A DNA stretch of 64,000 bases from Atopobiaceae bacterium (GTDB taxonomy: Bacteria > Actinomycetota > Coriobacteriia > Coriobacteriales > Atopobiaceae). The DNA is taken from contig JAGCBF010000345.1 in assembly GCA_017652285.1 (NCBI GenBank), forward strand, positions 8,028-72,027, read 5' to 3'. The position numbers and the translations under genes were made by a program. Of the stretch, positions 24,324 to 33,863 are shown in pieces. A model generated the notes under the pieces. That model did no database searches and was not told the DNA's origin. It was given only the letters and a program-made list of their open reading frames with translations. Within the stretch, counting starts at the first letter, position 1. The number at the start of each line of letters is the position of its first letter.

Positions 24324-25208
24324 ATGGCTAACATAGAGCTGCGTCCCGACAGCCAAGGCAAGGTACGCGACATTTACGACTGTGGCGACAGTCTGCTTAT
24401 GGTTGCGAGCGATCGCATTAGTGCATACGACTTTATTCTTCCCGACGAGATTCCCTACAAAGGAGAAATCCTTACGCGCATCAGTGCCTTTTGGTTCAAT
24501 AAGTTTGCAGATCTTATCCCCAACCACATGATCACCATGGACCCGGCGGAATATCCCGAGGAGTACCGCACGTATGCGGATTACCTGCGGGGCAGGTCCA
24601 TGCTGGTGCGTAAGGCCCAAACCGTGCCCATAGAGGCAATCGTCCGTGGCTACCTTACGGGTTCTGGCAAAAAGACCTACGACCAGGACCGCACGGTATG
24701 CGGCATTCTGTTGCCGGAGGGCCTGGTGGAGGCCAGCAAGATTCCCGAGGCCATCTTTACGCCGTCTACCAAGGCGGAGCTGGGCGAGCACGACGAGAAC
24801 ATATCGTTTGAGCGCTGTGCAGAAATCGTGGGCATCGAGGTGGCGACCATGCTGAGCGACGCCTCGCTTGCGGTGTATAACGCTGCGGCGGAGTACGCGG
24901 CAACGCGCGGGATTATCATTGCGGACACCAAGTTTGAGTTTGGCTTCATAGACGGTCAGCTCACGCTTATTGACGAGTGCCTTACGCCGGACTCGAGCCG
25001 CTTTTGGCCGGCAGACGGATATGAGGCTGGCAAGGTTCAGCCCAGTTACGACAAGCAGTTTGTGCGTGACTGGCTGCGTGCCAACTGGGATATGACGGGC
25101 GAACCGCCGCACCTGCCCGCAGAGGTGATCGAGGGCACTTCCAAGCGGTATCAAGAAGCATACGAAATCATTACGGGTGAGGCCTTTGTGCCCGCTAAGG
25201 AGCTATAG
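24324..25208 (+). CDS. purC: SAICAR synthetase
   Basis: The track ORF is 24270..25208. I prefer ATG 24324, which has GGGAAGAAGG upstream. GKVRDIYD, ASDRISAYD and ADTKFEFG are present. Confidence 0.95.
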   Translation: MANIELRPDSQGKVRDIYDCGDSLLMVASDRISAYDFILPDEIPYKGEILTRISAFWFNKFADLIPNHMITMDPAEYPEEYRTYADYLRGRSMLVRKAQTVPIEAIVRGYLTGSGKKTYDQDRTVCGILLPEGLVEASKIPEAIFTPSTKAELGEHDENISFERCAEIVGIEVATMLSDASLAVYNAAAEYAATRGIIIADTKFEFGFIDGQLTLIDECLTPDSSRFWPADGYEAGKVQPSYDKQFVRDWLRANWDMTGEPPHLPAEVIEGTSKRYQEAYEIITGEAFVPAKEL

Positions 25209-25211
25209 CAC

Positions 25212-25832
25212 ATGTCGATAAAAGATACGATAAAGGCAGCACGTGACGAGGCGACCGCCAACGGCAACCCCTTTGAGCGCCCTGCAGCGGCAAGTGACGA
25301 TGCAACGGCCGACGCTCGCTCTTCTTCCGCCGGCTTTACGCGCAAGTCTGCGGCAAAGGCAAAGCCGTCCCGCCAAGCAGCGTCTGGCGTGCGCATGGTG
25401 TCTTCGAGCGGCAAGCAAAAGTCGAAGAAGAACATGACCAAAGAGGAGCAGAAGGCCGAGCGCAAGCACGAGCGCGAGATCGATGACCTTCGCTACAACG
25501 TTACGCAGCAGATCCTAGAGGAGCGCGAGGAATACAAGCATGCTCGCAAGTTATGGTGGCGCTTCCTCATCGCCGGTGTCGTTTGCATGGTGCTGGCATT
25601 TGTCCAGTACATGCTGGTAAACAACATGGGCTCTAACGCTCCTATCGCTCTTGCCATTAGCGCGCTTGTTACCATGGTGCTTTCGTATGTCGTCATCATC
25701 ATAGGGATGATCTACGACTGGCGCACGATTCGTCCCATGCGCAAAGACGTGAACAGCTATGTACAGTCCATGTCGGAAAAGCGGCTCATCAATACGATTA
25801 ATCGTGGAGCAAAGAATAAGGACAAAAAGTAG
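25212..25832 (+). CDS. Hypothetical membrane protein (basic N-terminal half, two TM segments)
   Basis: AAGGAG lies 9 nt upstream. TM segments are WWRFLIAGVVCMVLAFVQYMLV and IALAISALVTMVLSYVVIIIGMI. GC3-rich codon use resembles the neighbouring genes. Confidence 0.65.
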   Translation: MSIKDTIKAARDEATANGNPFERPAAASDDATADARSSSAGFTRKSAAKAKPSRQAASGVRMVSSSGKQKSKKNMTKEEQKAERKHEREIDDLRYNVTQQILEEREEYKHARKLWWRFLIAGVVCMVLAFVQYMLVNNMGSNAPIALAISALVTMVLSYVVIIIGMIYDWRTIRPMRKDVNSYVQSMSEKRLINTINRGAKNKDKK

Positions 25833-25840
25833 CCGTTTGG

Positions 25841-25849
25841 TGCTACAAT
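25841..25849 (+). promoter_or_regulatory. Candidate extended -10 promoter for tRNA-Arg
   Basis: TGcTACAAT ends 9 nt before the tRNA 5' end. Confidence 0.4.
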
Positions 25850-25858
25850 AGTAACGAT

Positions 25859-25934
25859 GCCTTCGTAGCTCAGGGGATAGAGCACCGCTCTCCTAAAGCG
25901 GGTGTCGGCCGTTCGAATCGGCCCGGGGGCACCA
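25859..25934 (+). tRNA. tRNA-Arg (anticodon CCT)
   Basis: GCCTTCGTAGCTCAGGGGATAGAGCACCGCTCTCCTAAAGCGGGTGTCGGCCGTTCGAATCGGCCCGGGGGCACCA. The anticodon stem CCGCT/AGCGG carries loop CTCCTAA. The T-arm is GGCCG-TTCGAAT-CGGCC. Confidence 0.92.
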
Positions 25935-25942
25935 GAAAAGAC

Positions 25943-25977
25943 CAGCTCAGAGGCATGTTTGCCCCTGAGCTGTTTTT
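25943..25977 (+). terminator. Rho-independent terminator after tRNA-Arg
   Basis: cagctcagagg pairs with cccctgagctg (one mismatch), followed by ttttt. Confidence 0.7.
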
Positions 25978-26041
25978 GTTTGGGAGTGCTTGGGCTGGAG
26001 TGGTCGCGGCGTGGCGGCGCCAGGCGCCCGGACCGAAAAGT

Positions 26042-26117
26042 GGCCGATTTGGGCTAGGTCCCAATCGGCCACTTTTGTCGGCTTTTTTGGCCGAAAGGGG
26101 CCTAGCCCCAATCGGCC
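26042..26117. repeat. Two REP-like hairpins just downstream of pknB
   Basis: 26042-26070 is the variant ggccgatttgggctaggtcccaatcggcc. 26089-26117 is an exact consensus copy. Confidence 0.8.
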
Positions 26118-26123
26118 AAGTGG

Positions 26124-28202
26124 TTAGGAGCTGCTCTCGGAGGATTGCTTATCCTTATCCTTTTCGGCATCGGTAGCACTGACGTCTCCGTCGCTGGCAT
26201 CGGTTGCGGAGGATGACTCGTCTTCAGTGTCGGACTGGTCCTCGGAATCGCTCTTATCGGTCTTTTCTTCTTCGGTTGGTTCCTCCTCAGGCGTTTCGGG
26301 GACCTCGGGACCGACGGAAACCTGGATTTCGACGGTGGTGCCGCGCGTCTGTGCGCCATTGGGGCTGTAGGAGACCACATACCCTGCCGCAACGCTGTCG
26401 GAGTGAACCGATATGGAATACACGTTAAAGCCGGCGTTGGATAGCGTGGAGCGTGCCTCGGACTCGCTCATGCCATACACGTAGGGTACGTCGACCTTGC
26501 TGGAGCCGGTGGAAACGGTCAGCACGACCTCTGATCCCTTGTTGGCCTTGCCGGTAACGGACTGATAGAACACGACGTTGACGCCATAGCTGTCGCTTTC
26601 TTCCTGCGTCTCCACAACCGTAAAGCCAGCTTCTTCCAGCGCACGCTTGGCCTCGTCGCGCGTCCAGCCAACGACGTAGGGAACGTCGACGGTCTCGGCG
26701 CCCTTGGAAAGCTGATAGGATACGGTGTCACCGGCTTTTGCGGTGGTGTTGCCGGCAGGAGACTGCTGGGCAATCCTTCCCGACTCAACGGTATCGGAGA
26801 AGACCGAGTCGCCGGTTTGTCCGATAAGCCCCACCCTGCCTAGCTCCGCGTCGGCTTCTGTAGGCGTCATGTTGGTGAGGTCGGGTACGGTTACGGACTT
26901 CGCCGGCTCCGGGCCCTTTGAAACCCAAAGGTTGATGGCGGTGCCCTCGCGAGCGGAGCGTCCCTCATCGGGGTCCTGGTCGATGACCTTGCCTTCTTCC
27001 AGATTGCTGTCGTACTCCTCCTTGATCGTTCCGACCTTGAAATAGTCCGACTGCTTGATTTGGGTGACCGCGTCGTCTTGCGTAAGCCCGACGAGGTTGG
27101 GCACGGTGCGCGTTTGCGGACGTCCCACCAAGGCAAAGAGCAGGCCGCCAATGCAGACGATACCCACCAAGGCAAGGATGACGCCCATTATGGTGTTGCG
27201 CCGCCTGCGACGATCGAGCTCCTCTTGCGTGGCGCTCTTGCGATAATTGCCCGTGGTGCTGGTCTTGGAGCGGCTGCGCCCGCCCTGCTGGCGGGTACGC
27301 GTTTTTGCGTAGTCGTCCGGCATGCGACGCATGTGGCTGGTCGGCGTGGTGGCAACGACGGCCGTGGCCTCGTTTACGGACTGCATCCTGCCCGCCATGT
27401 AGTCGCGCAAGACATGATACAGCTCGCTGGCAGACTGGAAGCGGTCTGCGGGGTTCTTTTGCATGCACTTTAGGATGATGCCCTCGAGCGCGGGATCCAC
27501 CAGGGGATTGATCTGGCTGGGAGGCATAGGAGGCTCGTTGACCTGCTTGTATGCAACAGATATGGCGTCGTCGCCATCAAAGGGAACGCGACCGGTCGCG
27601 GCCTCGTACATAACGATGCCCAGGGAGTAGATGTCGGTGGTGGGACCGAGGTCGCGCCCCTGCGTCTGCTCGGGCGATACGTAATGGGCCGTGCCCAACA
27701 CGCTGTTGTCGGCGGTAAGATGGCTGTTCTTTGCGCGCGCGATGCCAAAGTCCATGACCTTGATGTTGCCATCGGGCTGGACCATGATGTTTTGGGGCTT
27801 GATGTCGCGATGTATGATGTCGTGACGATGGGCGATGGTAAGGGCCTGCGATATTTGGGAGCCGATCTGAGCGACCTTGCGACAATCCAGGGCGCCGTGC
27901 TTGCGGATGCCGCTCTTGAGGTCGGTGCCGCGCAAGTACTCCATGACGATGTAGTAGGTGTCGCCGTCCTTGCCCCAGTCATACACAGATACGATGTAGG
28001 GACTTTGCAAAGCCGCCGCGGCTTGCGCCTCTTGTTTGAAGCGTGCGGCAAATGACTGGTCGTTTGCGTATTGGGGCAGCATGATCTTAACGGCCACCGT
28101 GCGACCAAGGACCTCGTCCAGGCCACGATACACGATGGCCATGCCACCCGTGCCAATCTTGTCTTGTATGGTGTAGCGCCCACCTAGCTTTCTACTTGGC
28201 AT
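26124..28202 (-). CDS. pknB: Ser/Thr protein kinase with four PASTA domains
   Basis: GTGGMAIVY, HRDIKPQNIM, DFGIA, one TM segment, four PASTA-like repeats of about 65 aa and an acidic Ser/Asp/Glu tail. Confidence 0.93.
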   Translation of the reverse strand: MPSRKLGGRYTIQDKIGTGGMAIVYRGLDEVLGRTVAVKIMLPQYANDQSFAARFKQEAQAAAALQSPYIVSVYDWGKDGDTYYIVMEYLRGTDLKSGIRKHGALDCRKVAQIGSQISQALTIAHRHDIIHRDIKPQNIMVQPDGNIKVMDFGIARAKNSHLTADNSVLGTAHYVSPEQTQGRDLGPTTDIYSLGIVMYEAATGRVPFDGDDAISVAYKQVNEPPMPPSQINPLVDPALEGIILKCMQKNPADRFQSASELYHVLRDYMAGRMQSVNEATAVVATTPTSHMRRMPDDYAKTRTRQQGGRSRSKTSTTGNYRKSATQEELDRRRRRNTIMGVILALVGIVCIGGLLFALVGRPQTRTVPNLVGLTQDDAVTQIKQSDYFKVGTIKEEYDSNLEEGKVIDQDPDEGRSAREGTAINLWVSKGPEPAKSVTVPDLTNMTPTEADAELGRVGLIGQTGDSVFSDTVESGRIAQQSPAGNTTAKAGDTVSYQLSKGAETVDVPYVVGWTRDEAKRALEEAGFTVVETQEESDSYGVNVVFYQSVTGKANKGSEVVLTVSTGSSKVDVPYVYGMSESEARSTLSNAGFNVYSISVHSDSVAAGYVVSYSPNGAQTRGTTVEIQVSVGPEVPETPEEEPTEEEKTDKSDSEDQSDTEDESSSATDASDGDVSATDAEKDKDKQSSESSS

Positions 28203-28265
28203 CTGTCGCTCCTATCGCTTGCACGGTCAACGCCGCGCATCCCCTTGCAAAACATGTGCTCCGCA

Positions 28266-31139
28266 TTATGACGCCACCCCCATGGCTTGGATGTTAAGGC
28301 ACTGTGCCAAAACCTCGCCTGCAACGGTGGAGGCGAATCCCCTCACGTTTTCGCCATTGCCTTCGACGCAAACCGATATGGCAAGGGTGGGATTGTCGTA
28401 GGGCGCAAAGCCCACAAAGAGGGAGTTGATCGAATCTGATCCAACCTGGGCGGTTCCAGTCTTGCCGGCAACGAGGTAACCGTCCACGCGGGCGCCAACG
28501 CCGGTGCCGCTGGTGACCACGTCGAGCATGGCCTCGCCTATCTTTGATGCGCTGTCCGAGCTAATGACTTGGCCCAGAGACTGCGGGTTGGTCGACGCCA
28601 CGGTCGCGCCTTCTGGAGAAAGCACGTGGTCGACCACGTATGGGTTCATGACGACGCCCTTGTTGGCAATGGTGGCCGCGACCACGGCGTTTTGGACGAC
28701 GGTGGTCTGCGGGCCGGCGGGGCTGTCGTGCTCGCCGACGGGCTGGCCGCATGCTGCCCAGGCGGTCTCCCATTCCGTCATTTCGGCGGGTTCGGGCATG
28801 AGCGACGCCTGGCAGGCAAAGTCTTGGCCAAGAGCCGTGTTATAGCCAAAGCCCGACGCGTACCGTACGAGGTCGTTGGCACCGACCTGCACGCCTAGCT
28901 GGGCAAATGCCGTGTTGGCAGACAATACCAGCGCAGTGCGCAGATTGATGTTTCCATACTCGTACTCGTGGTCGTTGGAAATGAAGCCGTCCTCGCCGCC
29001 AATGTTGATGGTTGCCGGCGCGTCAAACGTGGTGTCGAGCGTCGCCTTGCCCGTGTCGAGCGCCGCGGCCAAGGTGACCAGCTTAAACGTGGACCCGGGG
29101 GTATACAGCTGCGTGGTACGGTCGACCAAGGGGCTCGCGTTGTCGCCGTTTTCGATGACCTCGGCAATGTTGTTTGGGTCATACGAAGGGTTGGATACCT
29201 TGGCCAGCACCGCGCCGGTGGAGGGGTCGAGCACCACGACCGCGCCGCGGTAGTTGCCCAAAGCGGCCTCGGCGGCACGCTGCATTTGATAATTGAGCGT
29301 AAGCACCACGGACGCGCCGGGCGTCTGCACGCCTGCGAGCGAGTACAGCGCGTTGTGCCAGCTGGAGTAGTTCGCGCTGCCACGCAGGGCGTCGTTCATG
29401 CGCGACTCCACGCCTGTGGTGCCAAAGCGCGTGGATACATAGCCCACGGTGTGAGCGGCAACCGACCCGTTGGGATACACGCGCGCGTAGGTCCCGTCGT
29501 CCTGTTGCACGCTTTCTGCAAGCGTCTGCCCGTCGGAAGTAATGATGGCACCGCGCTGGACAAAGGCACTACGCGCGATGGTGTGGTTGTTGTTGGGCAT
29601 CTGCTTGTAGTTTTGTGCCTCCACCACCTGGATGAAGGTAAGGTTGGCGATGGTTACGGCAAACAAAAAGGTGAACACCGTGATCAGCGCCGTAAGGCGG
29701 TTGCCTAGCGCCACGCGACCCAATACGCCCGACTCGGGGGTGTTGAGGCCAAAGTGACCGCGCACGTTGGTGCCGTGAGCGATGTGGGACGCGCGATTGT
29801 TGGTCTCGTCGGGAGCTCCGGGCACCTCGCCGCGCGCCAAAGCCGAAGTGCTGGCGATCTGCGCCTCGCGCCCGGTGCCCTCGTCGCCCGTGCGAAGCAG
29901 CAGCCCCACAATAATAAAGCTGGCAAGCAGCGAGCTGCCGCCCTGGCTCATAAAGGGCAGCGTGACGCCCGTAAGGGGAAGCAGGCGCGTGCAGCCGCCT
30001 ACGATAAGAAACGCCTGGAAGGCGATGGCCGTGGTCAGGCCAACTGCCGTAAAGGCCGACATGTCAGACTTGGCGCGCGCCGCCGTGGCAAACCCGCGCA
30101 CCGCAAAGACCATGTACAGGATAAGGATGGCGGATGCGCCCAGCAGGCCCATCTCTTCTCCTATGGCCGAAAAGATGAAGTCGGACTCCACCACGGGAAT
30201 GAGCGTGGGCATGCCCTTGCCGATGCCGGAGCCAATGAGGTCTCCGTCTGCCAAAGAGTACAGCGACTGGATGATCTGGTACCCGCCGTCTGGGTTGGCA
30301 AAGGGATCGACCCAAATCTGAATACGGTTGCGTACGTGAGAAAACAGCAGGTAGCACAGCACGCCACCCACCAACAGCAGCAAAATTGACACGATTACGT
30401 AGCTCACGCGTCCCGTCGCCACGTAAATCATGACCACCAAAAAGGTAAAGAACAGCAATGCGCTGCCCAGGTCGCGCTCAAAAATGACGACCAGAAGGCT
30501 GATGCCCCACATGGCAAAGACGGGGGCGAGCATCCTGAACTCGGGCAAGGCGATGGGGCCGATGCTCTTGGTGGACGCCGAAAGCAGCTCGCGGTTCTCG
30601 GACAAATACGATGCTAGGAATAGGATGATAAGCACCTTGGCGATCTCGCCCGGCTGGAAGGAAAACGGGCCAATGCTGATCCACAGCTTGGAACCGCCGT
30701 GCTCCGTGCCAAACAGCATGGGAATCACCAGCAAGGCAATGCCCACGGCTCCCAGGGTGTACTTGTATTGCGCGAGGCTGTCCAGGTCGCGCACCACCAT
30801 GAGCACGGCGACCATGGCCGCTATGGATATGAACAGCCACAGCACCTGGTTTACCGCGAGCTCGGGCTTTAAGCGCGTGACAAAGGCAATGCCCATGCCC
30901 GAAAGCACGAACGTCGCAGGTAGAATGACCGGGTCGGCACCTGGCGCCAAAAATCGAATGGCGACGTGCGCCACGGCAAAGCCCACGAACAGGCCGATGG
31001 GCACCGCGAGCGTGGACACGGAAAGCTCCACGTTCATGTTCATGACGTACATGGCGTATATGAGCAGGACGGGCAAGGCGCCCGCACACAGCAGCAGGAG
31101 CTCCGTGGTCCTGCGCGACATCGAGGACGTTCTTGCCAT
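28266..31139 (-). CDS. Fused SEDS glycosyltransferase (RodA/FtsW) and class-B penicillin-binding transpeptidase
   Basis: The track ORF is 28266..31172. I prefer ATG 31139, one nt after the pstP stop. The N-terminal ~460 aa have SEDS motifs ([31 protein letters not shown]). A ~70-aa linker and the TM segment [19 protein letters not shown] follow. The PBP domain has STFK, SND and KTGTAQ. Confidence 0.9.
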   Translation of the reverse strand: MARTSSMSRRTTELLLLCAGALPVLLIYAMYVMNMNVELSVSTLAVPIGLFVGFAVAHVAIRFLAPGADPVILPATFVLSGMGIAFVTRLKPELAVNQVLWLFISIAAMVAVLMVVRDLDSLAQYKYTLGAVGIALLVIPMLFGTEHGGSKLWISIGPFSFQPGEIAKVLIILFLASYLSENRELLSASTKSIGPIALPEFRMLAPVFAMWGISLLVVIFERDLGSALLFFTFLVVMIYVATGRVSYVIVSILLLLVGGVLCYLLFSHVRNRIQIWVDPFANPDGGYQIIQSLYSLADGDLIGSGIGKGMPTLIPVVESDFIFSAIGEEMGLLGASAILILYMVFAVRGFATAARAKSDMSAFTAVGLTTAIAFQAFLIVGGCTRLLPLTGVTLPFMSQGGSSLLASFIIVGLLLRTGDEGTGREAQIASTSALARGEVPGAPDETNNRASHIAHGTNVRGHFGLNTPESGVLGRVALGNRLTALITVFTFLFAVTIANLTFIQVVEAQNYKQMPNNNHTIARSAFVQRGAIITSDGQTLAESVQQDDGTYARVYPNGSVAAHTVGYVSTRFGTTGVESRMNDALRGSANYSSWHNALYSLAGVQTPGASVVLTLNYQMQRAAEAALGNYRGAVVVLDPSTGAVLAKVSNPSYDPNNIAEVIENGDNASPLVDRTTQLYTPGSTFKLVTLAAALDTGKATLDTTFDAPATINIGGEDGFISNDHEYEYGNINLRTALVLSANTAFAQLGVQVGANDLVRYASGFGYNTALGQDFACQASLMPEPAEMTEWETAWAACGQPVGEHDSPAGPQTTVVQNAVVAATIANKGVVMNPYVVDHVLSPEGATVASTNPQSLGQVISSDSASKIGEAMLDVVTSGTGVGARVDGYLVAGKTGTAQVGSDSINSLFVGFAPYDNPTLAISVCVEGNGENVRGFASTVAGEVLAQCLNIQAMGVAS

Positions 31140-31140
31140 G

Positions 31141-32505
31141 TTACACACCCGCCTCTTCCGTAATGCCGGCAAGCGACTGTGCAGCGGCTTCCTCCTCTGC
31201 GTCTATCTGTGCCCGCATGCCAACGCCCGCCGCCTGCTCGGGCGTCGAGTCGCCCGTCTCTGAGTCGGAGCCCTCCAAGGCGTCGCCCTCTTGCGAGGCG
31301 CCTTGTGAGCTGTTGGCGGCCTTGGCCGTTTCTGCCGCGCGGGTCTTGTCGGCATCGATCTGATCACGATAGCGGTCTATGGTGTAGCGCGCCTCCTCCT
31401 CGTTGGCCACGCTAATGCCTTCGTCGAGCTGGTGCTGGATCGCTTCGGGCAGATCCTTGACGCCTACGGAGGTCGTCTCGACCAGCTCGTTGAGCGGGAA
31501 GCCCAACACGCTGTCGCCGACGCCGCGATAGATGCCCACGGTTCCGTCGTTGTTGCCCACGTACCATGAGTTGCGAATGAGAATACCCAGCACCGCAGCG
31601 ACGGCCACCACGGCCGCCAGCGCTATGGTGAGCCAGGTACGGATGCCTCTCATACGCAGTTGGTGGTGCAGGTCGGCCAGGCCGTCCTCCAGCACGTCCA
31701 CGACGATTACGGTTACGTTGTCGTGGCCACCAGCGGTAAGAGCGGCGGATACGAGCGTGTCGGCGGCAGCCTGCGGCGTTACGCTGGAAACCGCCAGCTC
31801 CTCTATGTCCTTGTCGGAGACCATGCTCGAAAGGCCGTCCGAGCACAAGATCACGCGGTCGCCGGTAGATACGTCCAGCGTAAAGTGGTCGGCATACATG
31901 TCGGGGTCCGAGCCAAGGGCGCGGGTGATGATGGAGCGGGACGGATGCACGCGCGCCTCGTCCGCGGTGATCTCTCCCGCGTCTACCAGCTCTTCCACGT
32001 AGCTGTGGTCGCGCGTAAGACGCACCAGCGTTCCTGCGTGCAGCAAATAGATGCGAGAATCGCCCACATGGGCAATGGCCATGCGGTTGTTCTCGATAAG
32101 GGCGCACGTGGCCGTGCAGCCCATGCCTGCCTTGCCCAGGCCGCTCTCCACGCCTTCCAGCACGGCGGTGTTGGCTGCCTCTACGGCGGCGCCGAGCAGG
32201 ATTTCGTCCGTGTGCTCGGGCGCGCGCTCCGCAATGGTCTGCACGGCGATGCCCGAGGCGACCTCGCCCGCGGCGTGGCCGCCCATGCCGTCGCATACGG
32301 CAAACAGGGGTGCCTTGACCACAAACGAATCCTCGTTGTGGCCTCGCACCAGACCGACGTCGGATCGCGCCCCCCAGCTTAGGTTGTCTGTGTTGCCCGT
32401 CGCAATGTCGGCACCGGCACGGTTTTCCACGGGCATCTCGTTACGACCCGGGGCGTTTACGGCCTCTACCGTTTGCGATTCGAGCGTGGATTCTTCTTCA
32501 CTCAT
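31141..32505 (-). CDS. pstP: PP2C-family Ser/Thr phosphatase with TM segment
   Basis: [24 protein letters not shown]-type motif ILCSDGLS and [11 protein letters not shown], followed by a TM segment and an extracytoplasmic tail. Confidence 0.92.
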   Translation of the reverse strand: MSEEESTLESQTVEAVNAPGRNEMPVENRAGADIATGNTDNLSWGARSDVGLVRGHNEDSFVVKAPLFAVCDGMGGHAAGEVASGIAVQTIAERAPEHTDEILLGAAVEAANTAVLEGVESGLGKAGMGCTATCALIENNRMAIAHVGDSRIYLLHAGTLVRLTRDHSYVEELVDAGEITADEARVHPSRSIITRALGSDPDMYADHFTLDVSTGDRVILCSDGLSSMVSDKDIEELAVSSVTPQAAADTLVSAALTAGGHDNVTVIVVDVLEDGLADLHHQLRMRGIRTWLTIALAAVVAVAAVLGILIRNSWYVGNNDGTVGIYRGVGDSVLGFPLNELVETTSVGVKDLPEAIQHQLDEGISVANEEEARYTIDRYRDQIDADKTRAAETAKAANSSQGASQEGDALEGSDSETGDSTPEQAAGVGMRAQIDAEEEAAAQSLAGITEEAGV

Positions 32506-32915
32506 CGGCGGCTCACCCTCATTATGGTGTCTCCGATTTGCACCTCGTCTCCGTCACGCAACGTAACGGGTTGGCCTATGAGGTGACCGTTTATTAGCGT
32601 GCCATTGGTGGACCCAAGGTCCTCGAGGACCAACGCGGGTCCCTGTAGCGTAAAGCGTGCGTGCGTGCCAGACACAAACGGCTCTTCGATGACGATGTCG
32701 GACGAAGGAGAACGGCCAATGACCACCGGCCCCAAGATGTCCACGTGCAACCCACGCAGCTGCTTGGAGCCCTTGTCCACGTCTACGCCCCAAATTGCCG
32801 CGTCTCTTCTTTGTCCGCGAACCAAGCCAATTCCCGTGCGCATGGCTGCGTACAGGAAGAGGTAAAGAAGTATGACGAGCAGTATGCGGCCTGCAAACAG
32901 GACAAGATCGATCAT
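32502..32915 (-). CDS. fhaB: Small membrane-anchored FHA-domain protein
   Basis: 137 aa. An N-terminal TM segment is followed by an FHA domain (VVIGRSPSSDIVIEEPFVSGTHARF and STNGTLING). The gene overlaps pstP by 4 nt. Confidence 0.9.
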   Translation of the reverse strand: MIDLVLFAGRILLVILLYLFLYAAMRTGIGLVRGQRRDAAIWGVDVDKGSKQLRGLHVDILGPVVIGRSPSSDIVIEEPFVSGTHARFTLQGPALVLEDLGSTNGTLINGHLIGQPVTLRDGDEVQIGDTIMRVSRR

Positions 32916-32916
32916 A

Positions 32917-33846
32917 TTATCCTGCCTGGAACTCGAGGTCGGTAAGACCGATGGTCAGGACATCGCCGTTGTGCAAGACGGACTCCGTTACGTCCTCGCC
33001 GTTTACCAGCGTGCCGTTGGTGGAGTTGAGGTCGCGGATCAGCCACGCGGAACCGTCGAATTCGAGCTCGGCATGCACGCGCGACACGTTGGGGTCGCGC
33101 AGCACGATGCCGCCCTCTGTGTTTACGCGTCCGATGGGCGCCTTGGGGTTGGTGACGTTAAAGGTCTGCCCCGTTTGCATGTTTACGAGCACGCAGGTGC
33201 CCACGCCCGACCCTACCGACGGCTGACCGGTCGCGGGCAGCTCGGGTTGTACCGCGTTGCGCGCGGCGGGGTCTTCGGGCCACAGAGGCGCATCCATAAG
33301 CGGGCCTTCCGACTCGATGGAGTCGCCTTCGTACGAAACCAAGGGGTCGCTGTTGTCGGAAACGCCAAATCCCACAGGGCCGGACGCCGGCTCGAAGGGC
33401 GAGACGCCATACAGGTCGTTCTTGGCATTGCTCAGGCCCAAGTAGGCGTTTTCTTCGTCGCGCAGACGAGCCAAGGTGCGCGGGTCGATGTTTTCTGCAA
33501 ATACGGAAAACTTGCCGGCACGCAACGCCGGGTCGATCATAAAGCGCACGAGCGGCTGGCCAACAAAGGTGTAGCCGCGCTTCTTGGCCTGCGCCTCGAT
33601 GAGTTGCGAGACTTCCTCGGTAATGGGAATGTACAGAGGACGCATGGTCGCATCGTCCGCATACGATACCAAGATGGTGAACAGGGCGGGAGCCGTGTCG
33701 ATGCCGTCTATTACGAAGGTTTCGTCCTCCATTTCGCGCACGGCACGCTTGGCGAGACGCTTGAACGAAAACGGCTGATGCACGCCAGGCGCACCTTCCG
33801 CAAAAATATTTCCAACGCGCTGGTCGAAGATGGTTAGCACGTTCAT
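32917..33846 (-). CDS. fhaA: FhaA-type protein (N-terminal DUF3662-like domain plus C-terminal FHA)
   Basis: The N-terminus MNVLTIFDQRVGNIFAEG..FSFKRLAKRAVREME is FhaA-like. C-terminal FHA domain: IGRVNTEGGIVLRDPNVSRVHAEL and STNGTLVNGE. Confidence 0.9.
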   Translation of the reverse strand: MNVLTIFDQRVGNIFAEGAPGVHQPFSFKRLAKRAVREMEDETFVIDGIDTAPALFTILVSYADDATMRPLYIPITEEVSQLIEAQAKKRGYTFVGQPLVRFMIDPALRAGKFSVFAENIDPRTLARLRDEENAYLGLSNAKNDLYGVSPFEPASGPVGFGVSDNSDPLVSYEGDSIESEGPLMDAPLWPEDPAARNAVQPELPATGQPSVGSGVGTCVLVNMQTGQTFNVTNPKAPIGRVNTEGGIVLRDPNVSRVHAELEFDGSAWLIRDLNSTNGTLVNGEDVTESVLHNGDVLTIGLTDLEFQAG

Positions 33847-33863
33847 GTTCGATCATCACCCTT

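Noticed and set aside
29700-29900. Possibility that the RodA-PBP fusion is an artefact of a missed stop or frameshift
   Set aside because: The frame is continuous in the given sequence and the linker has normal codon character, so I keep the fusion call. It still needs read-level confirmation (see the finding on 28266-31139).
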